DNA of 51,781 nt from Candidatus Zhuqueibacterota bacterium (lineage in GTDB: Bacteria > Zhuqueibacterota > Zhuqueibacteria > Residuimicrobiales > Krinioviventaceae). The stretch is taken from the NCBI GenBank assembly GCA_003854995.1, contig RQOI01000640.1, forward strand, positions 1 to 51,781, given 5' to 3'. This document shows positions 34,925 through 44,224 of the stretch, in pieces (positions within the stretch are counted from its first letter, which is position 1; each line of letters begins with the position of its first letter). Both the position numbers and the translations under genes were made by a program. The notes beneath the pieces were generated by a model. The model was not told the DNA's origin and did no database searches. It saw only the letters and a list, made by a program, of their open reading frames with translations.

Positions 34925-36800
34925 AAATCACATCACTGCGACTAAACGTGCAGTCCATCCTCTCCTTGTGCTGGCACTCATACTTTTCGCCGGTCTGGCG
35001 GTCCGGGTCATCCTTCTGCAGTTCCGCTGGATCAATCCGGATGAAGGGGCGCATTTGCTCGATGCGCGTCTATGGCTCGAAGGCCAGGTGCCTGTGGCTG
35101 ATTTCGGCTCCAGGCAGCCGTTTTATGTATTGGTTCTGGCGCTGTTTTTAAAGGTGTTCGGCAGCACCCTTTCTGCAGCCAGACTGATGCCCCTTGTGGC
35201 TTCGCTGGGCGTCACCTGTCTGCTTTATTTGCTGGGCAAGAGATGGTTCGGCGCTGCTGTCGGTCTGATTGCTGCGCTCATTTATTCACTGTTGCCTCTT
35301 GTGGTGATCTGGTCGACGATCGTGAAAACAGAGCAACTGACCATTCTCCTGGCGACAGCCAGCATGTTGCTTCTATTGCATGGGCTGGAAAAAGGGGCCA
35401 TGTCTATCTTTTTTTCCGGGCTCCTGGCAGCGCTGGCATTTTACGTTCGTCAGCCGGCTCTCTACCTCCCTCTGGCGACGATTCTCTTTTTGCTCTTTGC
35501 ACGACAAGATGTTGTGAAGAATGTCGTGCTCTATGTGGCAGGTTATCTCAGCATCACAGCCGTCACAATTCTAATTTATCTTCGGCACATGCGCCTGCCG
35601 GAGATCTTGTTCTCCCAGCTCAATCCGCTCAACCTGGTCTGGAATCGCGCGCTGCATTTGCTGGGGCGGCTGCCTCAACAATACCGCATTGTCGATGGCG
35701 CCGGCTTTCGCATTCTCGATCAGGATATGAGCTATACGCTCGATTCCTGGCATCATGCATTGGCATTTTCACTCTTTATCGTCTTCGGCGCCCTCGCTCT
35801 CTTTTTCCCAAATCGATTTGCAAAGGGAACGCAGCAGCGACGCGCCATTCTTTTATCCCTTTTTTGGCTTGCATGTGCTGTACTGCTTTATCTGTATCAA
35901 ACGGCGAGTCGAGGATTTTACACCCAGTATTTTACCGAGTTTTTGCCACCCCTCTTGCTGCTGGGATCTGTTGCCATTGTTGATGCTCTGCGGAATCCGG
36001 GGTCAAATTGGCGTTCACTGTCTCTGGCAATAGTCACTTTTCTGAGCATCTATGGCTTGCAGCGCCTTTTTTGGCAGGTCAGCCCCGGCATGGTCGGCTA
36101 TCTTGTCCTGAGTGTTGGCACAGCTTTTCTTTTTTATATCTGTCTCCACCGGCCGCGAGCATCGTTTGCAGCAACAGCTCTCCTGATGCTGATCGGCATC
36201 AGTGTGAGCGGTGCGAGCGCTCTGCTGCTGAAGCGACTCGGACTGGCCGACCTGTATCGGTTTATCTTGGTCATTGCCATCCTGTATGTCACGTTGACCG
36301 CTGCGAATCTCGTCAGACGCAAAATCCAGCTGAGGCGCCTCTTCTTCCTTGTCACATTTTTTTATGCCGCATTTTATTCCGGTCACCTCATCGGTCCGCG
36401 CTACGAAGCGGTCTGGTCGCCAGCGACCCTCGACAAGGTCGCCGGCTATTTGAGTGCGAATGGTCAACCCTCCGACGAAATCTTGAGCGGCGGCGCCATC
36501 TGGACGTTCGAATCCGGTCTCGCGCCCTATTTGAATGTGCCGCATGCCACCGAGTTCTATAAGCATCGCTACGCCGATTTTGAATCCGCTTTTGCCAAGA
36601 ATCCGCCGCGATTCATCATCATGGACGGTTACACGGAGAGAAAATTTTTGCGTCACCGGGATTATATGCTCGAGCAAGTTGCGCTCTACTATGAAAAAGT
36701 GTTGAGCGTTACTGGCTCCAAGTACACGGTTGACATCTTTCAGCTGGTGTCTCACTCGCAGGCGGAGAACAATTTATCGGGAGAGGTCAAAGACGAATGA
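34914..36800 (+). CDS. GT-C fold membrane glycosyltransferase (ArnT/PMT_2, GT39/GT83-like), lipid-carrier dependent
   Basis: 628 aa with more than 10 predicted TM segments. A first-loop acidic motif INPDEGAHLLDARLW follows TM1. A C-terminal soluble domain of about 130 aa is present. The start overlaps the YdjC gene by 11 nt. Confidence 0.7.
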   Translation: MLNKNHITATKRAVHPLLVLALILFAGLAVRVILLQFRWINPDEGAHLLDARLWLEGQVPVADFGSRQPFYVLVLALFLKVFGSTLSAARLMPLVASLGVTCLLYLLGKRWFGAAVGLIAALIYSLLPLVVIWSTIVKTEQLTILLATASMLLLLHGLEKGAMSIFFSGLLAALAFYVRQPALYLPLATILFLLFARQDVVKNVVLYVAGYLSITAVTILIYLRHMRLPEILFSQLNPLNLVWNRALHLLGRLPQQYRIVDGAGFRILDQDMSYTLDSWHHALAFSLFIVFGALALFFPNRFAKGTQQRRAILLSLFWLACAVLLYLYQTASRGFYTQYFTEFLPPLLLLGSVAIVDALRNPGSNWRSLSLAIVTFLSIYGLQRLFWQVSPGMVGYLVLSVGTAFLFYICLHRPRASFAATALLMLIGISVSGASALLLKRLGLADLYRFILVIAILYVTLTAANLVRRKIQLRRLFFLVTFFYAAFYSGHLIGPRYEAVWSPATLDKVAGYLSANGQPSDEILSGGAIWTFESGLAPYLNVPHATEFYKHRYADFESAFAKNPPRFIIMDGYTERKFLRHRDYMLEQVALYYEKVLSVTGSKYTVDIFQLVSHSQAENNLSGEVKDE

Positions 36801-38284
36801 GTTCACTCAAGCAGAGAACCGTCTCCGGTGTGTTGTGGTCAGGAATGGCCCGCATGGCCACGCAGCTTGTCCTTTTCGTGGTGATGGCCATCCTGGCGCG
36901 TCTTCTCTCAGCGGATGATTTTGGCATTGTCGGCATGGCGGCGATCATCACCGTGGCGATCGTCATGGTGAATGATAAAGGCCTGGGCATGTCGATTGTG
37001 CAAAATAAAGATCTTGCCGAGACGCATCTTTCCACCCTTTTTTGGACGAGTGTTGGCTTTGGCTTGCTGCTCTATCTCATTTCTTTCATCGCCTCATTCC
37101 CGTTGGCAGTTTTTTTTCGGCAAGAAATTGTCCAGCCTGTCGTTGCGATCATTGCTTTGGGATTCCTCATCGGCGGCTTTGGCATTGTGCAAAAGTCATT
37201 GCTCACGCGCGAGATGGCCTTCAAGCAGCTGGCTGTCGTCGAAGTGTCCGCTACACTGGCAGGAGGCGTGCTGGCCATCGTCCTTGCATTGATGGGATTT
37301 GGCGTCTGGAGCCTTGTGGCCAATGTGCTGGCTCGGGATCTGATCACCGTATTGGTGCTGTGGTTCATTTGCAAATGGCGGCCCATGCTGCATTTTTCGT
37401 CTGCTGAATTGCGAGAGTATATCGCTTTCAGCAGCACTGTTTTGGCAAACGACGGCGCGATCTATCTCATCACCAATGTGGATGTCACTATCATCGGCCG
37501 TGTCCTGGGAAGCGCTGCGCTGGGAGTTTATAATTTTGCCCTATATATGGTGAAATTGCCGGTGACGCGTCTATCCAGCATTGTCGCCAAAGTTATCTTT
37601 CCCGCTTTCTCTTCTTTGCAGAATGATCCTGACAAGTTCAAGGCAGCTTACCTCGAGGCGGTCAAATATATATCACTCATCACGTTTCCAGTTCTGGCCG
37701 GCGTCGCTGTTTTTGCGAACGAGTTCGTCATCATCGTGCTGGGTGAGAAATGGTTCGCGATGGCGCGACCGCTCGTCATACTGACGCCCATGGCTATGCT
37801 CAAATCGGTCGGCACGATAAAAAACTCTGTCCTGATGGCTGTCGGACGCCCGGACATTGAATTGAAGTGGAACCTCTTCTACCTGCTCCCGCTGGTTGGG
37901 GCTGTCTATTATGGCGCCCGATATGGCATCGTTGGCGTGGCGACGGCGTTCACGATGCTCTATGTCGTCACCTTTCCGATCATCCAGCATATCACCAACA
38001 AACAGATCTCGGTTTCACCAGCCGAATTTTGTCGCTCTCTGGCCGGCAGCGCCATTGCGACGAGCATCATGGTTTTGATCGCGCTGGCTGTGCGCTACTG
38101 CAAAGTTGTCTTCAATTTGCCGGATTTGGTCGTATTATTAGCCGGTGTCGCTATAGCATCTGCCGCTTATTTGGTGACACTGTGGCTCATCGATCGCGAC
38201 GATTTGCTCGGATTTGTCAGAATGATGAAAAGAGAAAAAACGACTCCAGGAATTTCTATGACAGAGGTAGTGATTTCAGAATGA
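36797..38284 (+). CDS. wzx: Wzx-type oligosaccharide flippase (MOP superfamily, Polysacc_synt_3-like)
   Basis: The start overlaps the upstream stop (ATGA). The N-terminus KQRTVSGVLWSGMARMATQLVLFVVMAILARLLSADDFGIVGMA is typical of this type. It has about 12-14 TM segments. Confidence 0.8.
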   Translation: MSSLKQRTVSGVLWSGMARMATQLVLFVVMAILARLLSADDFGIVGMAAIITVAIVMVNDKGLGMSIVQNKDLAETHLSTLFWTSVGFGLLLYLISFIASFPLAVFFRQEIVQPVVAIIALGFLIGGFGIVQKSLLTREMAFKQLAVVEVSATLAGGVLAIVLALMGFGVWSLVANVLARDLITVLVLWFICKWRPMLHFSSAELREYIAFSSTVLANDGAIYLITNVDVTIIGRVLGSAALGVYNFALYMVKLPVTRLSSIVAKVIFPAFSSLQNDPDKFKAAYLEAVKYISLITFPVLAGVAVFANEFVIIVLGEKWFAMARPLVILTPMAMLKSVGTIKNSVLMAVGRPDIELKWNLFYLLPLVGAVYYGARYGIVGVATAFTMLYVVTFPIIQHITNKQISVSPAEFCRSLAGSAIATSIMVLIALAVRYCKVVFNLPDLVVLLAGVAIASAAYLVTLWLIDRDDLLGFVRMMKREKTTPGISMTEVVISE

Positions 38285-39378
38285 AAATAGCAATAATGGG
38301 CACGCGCGGCATCCCTGCCAATTATGGCGGTTTCGAGACATTTATCGAAAATCTCGCGCCGCGCCTGGTGCGGCGGGGACACGAGGTGACCGTCTACGGG
38401 CGGTCCAATATGATCGACTATGATGATGATTACTATGAAGGTGTGCGCATAAAAATCTTGCCGACCATCAGTCACAAATATTTGGATACGGTCGTGCACA
38501 CATTTATCTGCACTGTGCACAGCTTTTTTACCCGCTATGATGTGGTTTTCATCTGTAACAGCGCCAACGCCATTTTCACCATCATTCCCCGGCTCATGCG
38601 CAAGCCGGTCGTGCTCAATGTCGACGGCCTGGAGTGGAAGCGCCAAAAGTGGAATTGGGCTGGCAAGGCATTTTACAAGATATCCGAGTTTATGGCTACC
38701 TTTTTGCCTAGTAAAATTGTCACAGATGCGCTCGATGTGCAACGATATTACAAGGAAAAGTTTAATAAAGATTCAACCTTTATTCCTTATGGCGCTCCGG
38801 AAGAAGAGATCCGCAGCACGACCATCCTGCAGCGCTACAATCTGCAGTCGCGTGATTATGTGCTGTATGTCAGTCGAATGGAGCCGGAGAACAACGCGCA
38901 TCGCGTCGTCAGCGCCTTTGAAAAGGTCAATACCACTAAAAAGCTGGTCATGGTTGGTGATGCGCCCTATAGTACGAATTATATCGCCAATCTCAAAAAA
39001 ACAACTGATCCGCGCATTATTTTTACCGGCTATGTTTTTGGCGAAGGATACAAGCAGTTGCAGAGCAATGCCTATTATTATATCCAGGCGACAGAAGTGG
39101 GAGGGACGCATCCGGCCCTGGTCGAGGGCATGGGATATGGCAATTGCATACTGGCAAATGATGTTCCGGAGCATCGCGAAGTGCTCGGCGATGCGGGCGT
39201 CTATTTTTCACGGACCGATCAGCAGGATGTGGTGAACAAGATGCAGTATTTGCTCGACAATCCAAAGCTTGTTGAGGAACGTCGCCGCGTTGTGTTGCAG
39301 CGTGTTCGTGCCAACTATAACTGGGAGCGAATCACTCAGCAGTATGAATCCCTTTTTCGCCAGGTGGCGAAGAAATAG
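38281..39378 (+). CDS. GT4 glycosyltransferase with a DUF1972-type N-terminal domain
   Basis: ORF 37867..39378 trimmed to the ATG at 38281 (ATGA overlap with wzx). MKIAIMGTRGIPANYGGFETFIENLAPRLVRRGHEVTVYG is the characteristic DUF1972 start. The C-terminal region reads EVGGTHPALVEGMGYGNCILANDVPEHREVLGDAGVYF. Confidence 0.8.
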   Translation: MKIAIMGTRGIPANYGGFETFIENLAPRLVRRGHEVTVYGRSNMIDYDDDYYEGVRIKILPTISHKYLDTVVHTFICTVHSFFTRYDVVFICNSANAIFTIIPRLMRKPVVLNVDGLEWKRQKWNWAGKAFYKISEFMATFLPSKIVTDALDVQRYYKEKFNKDSTFIPYGAPEEEIRSTTILQRYNLQSRDYVLYVSRMEPENNAHRVVSAFEKVNTTKKLVMVGDAPYSTNYIANLKKTTDPRIIFTGYVFGEGYKQLQSNAYYYIQATEVGGTHPALVEGMGYGNCILANDVPEHREVLGDAGVYFSRTDQQDVVNKMQYLLDNPKLVEERRRVVLQRVRANYNWERITQQYESLFRQVAKK

Positions 39379-41055
39379 ATGATGCGCGCAGCGAAAAAAC
39401 ATTTGACGGTCGTTCTGCTGATGGCGATCCTTCTGATCGCCGTTTACCTGCGTTTATACGGCATCGATTTTGGCAGGCCCTGCAATTACCATCCGGATGA
39501 GACCAAACTGGTCACCCAGGCCGGCCGTCTTCTGGCCACGAAATTCATGGACAAAGACGCCTATTTTGGCATCGGTGTCTACCCGCCGTTTCATACCTAT
39601 CTTTTGGCCATGGTGATGGGCGCCTGCATCAGCCTCGGCCTGCTGAGCGGCCGCATCGAATCGCTGGCGGTTGTGAAAGCGCTATATGAGGCCGAGCCCT
39701 TTCAGTTTTTTTTACAGAGTCGATTGCTCGTTGCGGCGATGGGCGCCCTTTCCGTGCTCATCATTTACTTGATTGGCAAGAGGATCTATTCGCAAAAGAT
39801 CGGCCTGCTCAGCAGTTTGTTTTTGGCGGTTAATTTTCTGCACGTCCGCAATTCACATTTCGGCACTGTTGATGTCCCGGCCGCTTTCTGGGGATTGCTC
39901 TGCATCTATTTCTGCGTCCGCATCATGCAGGCGGGTGCGGCGCGCCACTATATTGGTGCCGCTGTCTTTGCAGCCCTGTCCGTCGCGACAAAGTTCAGCA
40001 TGGTCATGCTTGTTTTCCCGGTTTTCTTTGCTCATTTTGCACAGTTTCCGCTGCGACAATGGCTGCGCAAAATAGGGGATAAAAAACTCTGGTCAGCTGC
40101 TGCTGCGGGTGTCGTCTCCTTTCTGATCGCTTGTCCGCTTGTTTGGCTTGATTTTCATGAAACGTGGGGTGGCATTCTCGGCACGCGTCGCTTTGAAAAA
40201 GTCGGCAAGATCGGCAGTGGCGGCGGATTTTTGTCCTACTGGACCGGTGACCAATCCGATGGATTCGGTGTTTTCTATCCGAATTCGATCCCCGAAACCT
40301 TCGGCCTATTGTTGACGCTCGCCGCGGCCGTCGGCCTTATCTATCTTTTGATGAAACATCGACGGCAGGATCTCTTCATACTCGTCTGCACCGTGCCCAT
40401 GTATCTGCTGTTTGAAAAAATGTCGATAAAAGCTATGCGACACATTTTGCCCATCATTCCCTTTTTGCTGCTGGCCGCATCGGTGCTGATCTGGGAAACT
40501 CTCGGGCAGATACGCCCGAGAGTGAAGGTCCTCTTGCTGTCGCTGATTTTGACTTTTTTCTCGCTCAACCAGGCTTTCGCCGTGCTCGACTATCATCGGG
40601 CGCTGGCGCAAAAGGACCCCCGAACGGCGGCGGCTGAATGGTTCGGACAGCATGTTCCGCAAGGCAGCGCCGCGGCTGTCGAATCGTTTCCGCCAATGAT
40701 TTTCACGCGCGATGACGGCTACCAGGTCTATGAGACGAACTGGACGTCCAAATCGCGCAGCGAGAGGGAAAAATTCTTCACATTTGCTGCCGGCAGGGAC
40801 AGCCTCTACTATGTTGCGGATGATTTCACCCGACAGGTTTTCCAATGGAAATACACACAGCGCCGGCATCCCCTGATCACCGAGGATCGGCTGGAATTTT
40901 TTGCCTGGCTGGACAAACACATGAAAAAGCTGGTCACTTTTACAAGCAAAAACCCAAAGATTCAGCCCACTATCACGGTCTATCTGATAACAGAGATCGA
41001 CAAGACATGGACCATGCTGAACAAAATGACAGAGTCTGAAAAACAAAACTATTAA
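39379..41055 (+). CDS. GT-C fold membrane glycosyltransferase (GT39/ArnT-like, phospholipid-carrier dependent)
   Basis: It starts immediately after the upstream stop. TM1 is followed by LYGIDFGRPCNYHPDETKLV (acidic first-loop motif). About 11 TM segments are followed by a C-terminal soluble domain of about 150 aa. Confidence 0.75.
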   Translation: MMRAAKKHLTVVLLMAILLIAVYLRLYGIDFGRPCNYHPDETKLVTQAGRLLATKFMDKDAYFGIGVYPPFHTYLLAMVMGACISLGLLSGRIESLAVVKALYEAEPFQFFLQSRLLVAAMGALSVLIIYLIGKRIYSQKIGLLSSLFLAVNFLHVRNSHFGTVDVPAAFWGLLCIYFCVRIMQAGAARHYIGAAVFAALSVATKFSMVMLVFPVFFAHFAQFPLRQWLRKIGDKKLWSAAAAGVVSFLIACPLVWLDFHETWGGILGTRRFEKVGKIGSGGGFLSYWTGDQSDGFGVFYPNSIPETFGLLLTLAAAVGLIYLLMKHRRQDLFILVCTVPMYLLFEKMSIKAMRHILPIIPFLLLAASVLIWETLGQIRPRVKVLLLSLILTFFSLNQAFAVLDYHRALAQKDPRTAAAEWFGQHVPQGSAAAVESFPPMIFTRDDGYQVYETNWTSKSRSEREKFFTFAAGRDSLYYVADDFTRQVFQWKYTQRRHPLITEDRLEFFAWLDKHMKKLVTFTSKNPKIQPTITVYLITEIDKTWTMLNKMTESEKQNY

Positions 41056-41060
41056 TATAC

Positions 41061-42869
41061 ATGATAAAGTATTTCGATTTCGTACAAAAAAGACATGTCA
41101 CACTCCTGATCCTCCTGGCAGGCTTGTTGCGTTTTGGCTATATTTTGACTCTGGAGGATCGATCTTATTTTTATGATACAGTACATTATGATCAAGCCGC
41201 ACGCGCCATCCTCGAAAACGGCACCTTCGGCAGCAGCCTTCATTATTATGGCGAATACGACCACTATTGCCTCGAACCGGTGTATCCCCTCTTCCTGGCA
41301 GGAATTTATGCGCTGTTTGGCAAAAGCTTTTTGATCGTGCGTATGGCGCAGGCCTTTTTCTCTTTGCTGCAGTTGTATTTTCTCTATCGCATTGTCATGC
41401 TGTTGCGTCCTCGAGTCGCATGGCTGGCGCTGGCCTTCGGCGCTGTCTATCCTTTTTTTATTTATATATCCGGACTGCTTTATGTCACTCAGCTGTTCGC
41501 TCTACTGCTGACGCTGGCGCTTTACTTTTTTCTCCGTTATGCGTCGAGCTTTCAGCTGCGATGGCTCTCGCTCTCCGCCGTCTCGCTGGGAGTGGCGATC
41601 GCTGCTCTGCCGGCAGCGCTGCCAAGTGCGCTCCTGTTCGCAGCATGGATGGCCTTTTTTGCCGAAAAGAGCCGGCTTAAAAAGATCGGGCATATCGCGA
41701 GTGCGGCGACTATCATCATCATCGTGCTGACGCCTTGGACCATCCGGAACTGGACTGTCTTCCGCGTCCTGTCACCCGGACGCGCTTGTCTGGCCGAGAA
41801 AAGCGTCTTCAATCTTATCGATCTGCAGTTCCGCATCCAGGACAGTAAAAAAGCGACCCAATTCCCGGCCGGACAATTTAAGGTCAATGTCATTCAGGAT
41901 GCTGATACTCCGCAGTTCGACTGTTTTGTCGATGACAAGCTCATTGCAGTGCTGAAAGTCAACGAGCCATTCATCTGGCCTGACTCTTCCTACTATGGCC
42001 TCATTTTCAAAGGGGGTGACAGCATGCAGGTGCGACGCTTGCAGGTGATGCTGGATGGCGCTTCTTTGCTGGATTCGATGAATGATCGGGCGTCTCTTCA
42101 TTCTGCATCCCTGTCGGTCGGGGACGCAGCCATTGAATTGCGCGACACGGACGGGAAATGGGACTATTCGGCGGTCTTTGCAGCATCAGGCTCAGCTCAG
42201 TCGTTCATTCTCTCTTATCCACCCACGATCAAGCCGGGGGACGTGAGTCGCGTTGCCATACTTTTTCATCTCAATCAGCCGCGCCTGGACGCCGATGGTT
42301 ACATGATCTGGTTGCATCCATGGATGCAGGCCGACCTCTGGAAAATTGAAAAAGGTCGTCCGGTACGGTCAGTTCAAATCGTCGATCTGTTTTTACAGGA
42401 AAATCCAGTCAGCTTGCTGGCATTGATCACGACAAATCCGCTTCGTTTCCTGTGCAAACATGTTGTGCCAGAGTTTCTCAATTTCTGGTCGCCAACCGTC
42501 AAGCGCATCACAACGTCCGCTCGCTTGAGCCGGGCGATGAATGCACTCTCGTTGCTTTTTTTTGCTCCCCTGCTGTTTTTCTCCATTCTCGGGATTTTCG
42601 CACTGCGCAATGAATGGAAATCGCTGCTCATTTTACTGATTCCGATCGTGACCATCTCGCTGTTTTATTCTGTTTTTTTCACCGAAGTTCGTTACCGCAT
42701 TCCAGTCGATGGCTTTCTCATCGTCCTGGGCGTCATTGGTCTTGACCGAATCACGGCCGCGTTGAACGGCCATCGCCGACGCGCGCCGTTATTGTTCATA
42801 TCCTGTCTATTTCATTTCATTTTGATACAGAGCTGTTCTTGTGTCGAGATATTGAAAAGACGACTTTGA
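41061..42869 (+). CDS. GT-C fold membrane glycosyltransferase (PMT_2-like) with an inserted soluble beta-rich domain
   Basis: TM1 is followed by FGYILTLEDRSYFYDTVHYDQAARAILENGTFG (D..Y..A motif of PMT_2-type GT-C enzymes). Multiple TM segments run up to TPWTIRNW. A hydrophilic insertion of about 190 aa covers roughly aa 250-445. The conserved NPLRFL...FWSP segment and 2-3 more TM segments follow. Confidence 0.65.
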   Translation: MIKYFDFVQKRHVTLLILLAGLLRFGYILTLEDRSYFYDTVHYDQAARAILENGTFGSSLHYYGEYDHYCLEPVYPLFLAGIYALFGKSFLIVRMAQAFFSLLQLYFLYRIVMLLRPRVAWLALAFGAVYPFFIYISGLLYVTQLFALLLTLALYFFLRYASSFQLRWLSLSAVSLGVAIAALPAALPSALLFAAWMAFFAEKSRLKKIGHIASAATIIIIVLTPWTIRNWTVFRVLSPGRACLAEKSVFNLIDLQFRIQDSKKATQFPAGQFKVNVIQDADTPQFDCFVDDKLIAVLKVNEPFIWPDSSYYGLIFKGGDSMQVRRLQVMLDGASLLDSMNDRASLHSASLSVGDAAIELRDTDGKWDYSAVFAASGSAQSFILSYPPTIKPGDVSRVAILFHLNQPRLDADGYMIWLHPWMQADLWKIEKGRPVRSVQIVDLFLQENPVSLLALITTNPLRFLCKHVVPEFLNFWSPTVKRITTSARLSRAMNALSLLFFAPLLFFSILGIFALRNEWKSLLILLIPIVTISLFYSVFFTEVRYRIPVDGFLIVLGVIGLDRITAALNGHRRRAPLLFISCLFHFILIQSCSCVEILKRRL

Positions 42870-43180
42870 TGAACAAGCTCGTTCGGCTCATGCTGGTCCG
42901 GCACCCTCGCAAAGGCTGTTGAAGATGTGTGGCTTTATAATATATTGAAAATAATGAAAATAATTATGCTTCCGCTCCTTTGTTTTACGCCGGATGTTAT
43001 CTGATTCGAGATTCTTTCTGAAAAATATTTGAGCGGGCGCCAGGTGACGTGGAAAAATGGTTCTTGAGGGTATGGTACGATTGTTGTTCTGAAAAAGATT
43101 TGGCCGAGTCCTGCGTGGCAGCGGGGCAGCAGGCCAGAATTGCCCATCGATCTGAATAGTATGAAAATAAGAATGAAAGA

Positions 43181-44212
43181 ATGGATGTCGTTAAAAAAAG
43201 ACTGCTCGTGCTCATGGATTGGCAACCGCCGGAAGACTGGATTTTCAAGAAACAGCTCGATCTCTATTTTGACACGGATATCTTTTATGATGACACCAGA
43301 AAGGGCTACAATTCAACCCTGGAAAAAGTCGTTGCACTCTGGCGAAGTTATGTGGCGACGAGCGTCCGAGGCTTTTTTGCTCTAAAAAACTATGATGTTG
43401 TCTATGCGTGGCATGCTGTCATGGGATTGGTGTTGGCGTTTTTATGCCGATTCTTTCGTGTTCACAGACCCAAGATAGTCATTGCGCAGCTGATCATTCC
43501 CAAGAGGCCGACTTGTCTCAATCAAACGCTTCGAGAGGGCTTTATAAAATACTCGCTCAAGCGCGTCGATTCTGTCATCGTCTATTCGACCGTTGAGGCC
43601 GAGCAGTTCGAGAGGCTGTACGGCAACGGTCATACAAGATTTAAATTTTTGCCGCTCGGCATTGAGCTCTCAAACCATCGGCCGCCATCGGACGATTTTT
43701 ATATTTTCAGCGGTGGCCGCAGCAATCGTGACTATTTTACCCTCGTCAAGGCGGCAGCAGGATTACCGTGTCCGGTCAAAATCGCCGCCCAGCGATTCAA
43801 TCTGGCTGATCTGGAATTGCCCGACAATGTTGAGCCGATTTTTGATGTATACGGAGAGAATTTTAACCGTTTGCTCGCTGCAGCCACGATCGTCGTCATT
43901 CCTCTGGAACGGGCGGACGAGTCGTCCGGCCAGCTCGTATTGTTGAATGCCATGGCTTTTGGCAAGCCGATTATCGTCACAGACAGCCGAGGCGTGCAGG
44001 ATTACATCCGCGATGGCGAGACCGCCATCACCGTGCCGCGCCAGAACGCCTTTGCGCTGCGCACAGAAATCGAAAATTTGCTCAACTCACCTCAGGAGCG
44101 GATGAAACTTGGCGTCGCGGCCAAAGAATCAGTGATGAATTATTCGCTAGCACGGCAGGCGGAGCGCGTTGCAGCGCTGTTAGCAGAAACTGCCAATGAC
44201 AAATCGCAATAA
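43181..44212 (+). CDS. GT4-like glycosyltransferase
   Basis: C-terminal half with ESSGQLVLLNAMAFGKPIIVTDSRGVQDYIRDGETAITV. It is preceded by a 311-nt gap. Confidence 0.65.
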   Translation: MDVVKKRLLVLMDWQPPEDWIFKKQLDLYFDTDIFYDDTRKGYNSTLEKVVALWRSYVATSVRGFFALKNYDVVYAWHAVMGLVLAFLCRFFRVHRPKIVIAQLIIPKRPTCLNQTLREGFIKYSLKRVDSVIVYSTVEAEQFERLYGNGHTRFKFLPLGIELSNHRPPSDDFYIFSGGRSNRDYFTLVKAAAGLPCPVKIAAQRFNLADLELPDNVEPIFDVYGENFNRLLAAATIVVIPLERADESSGQLVLLNAMAFGKPIIVTDSRGVQDYIRDGETAITVPRQNAFALRTEIENLLNSPQERMKLGVAAKESVMNYSLARQAERVAALLAETANDKSQ

Positions 44213-44224
44213 AAATGATATAAG

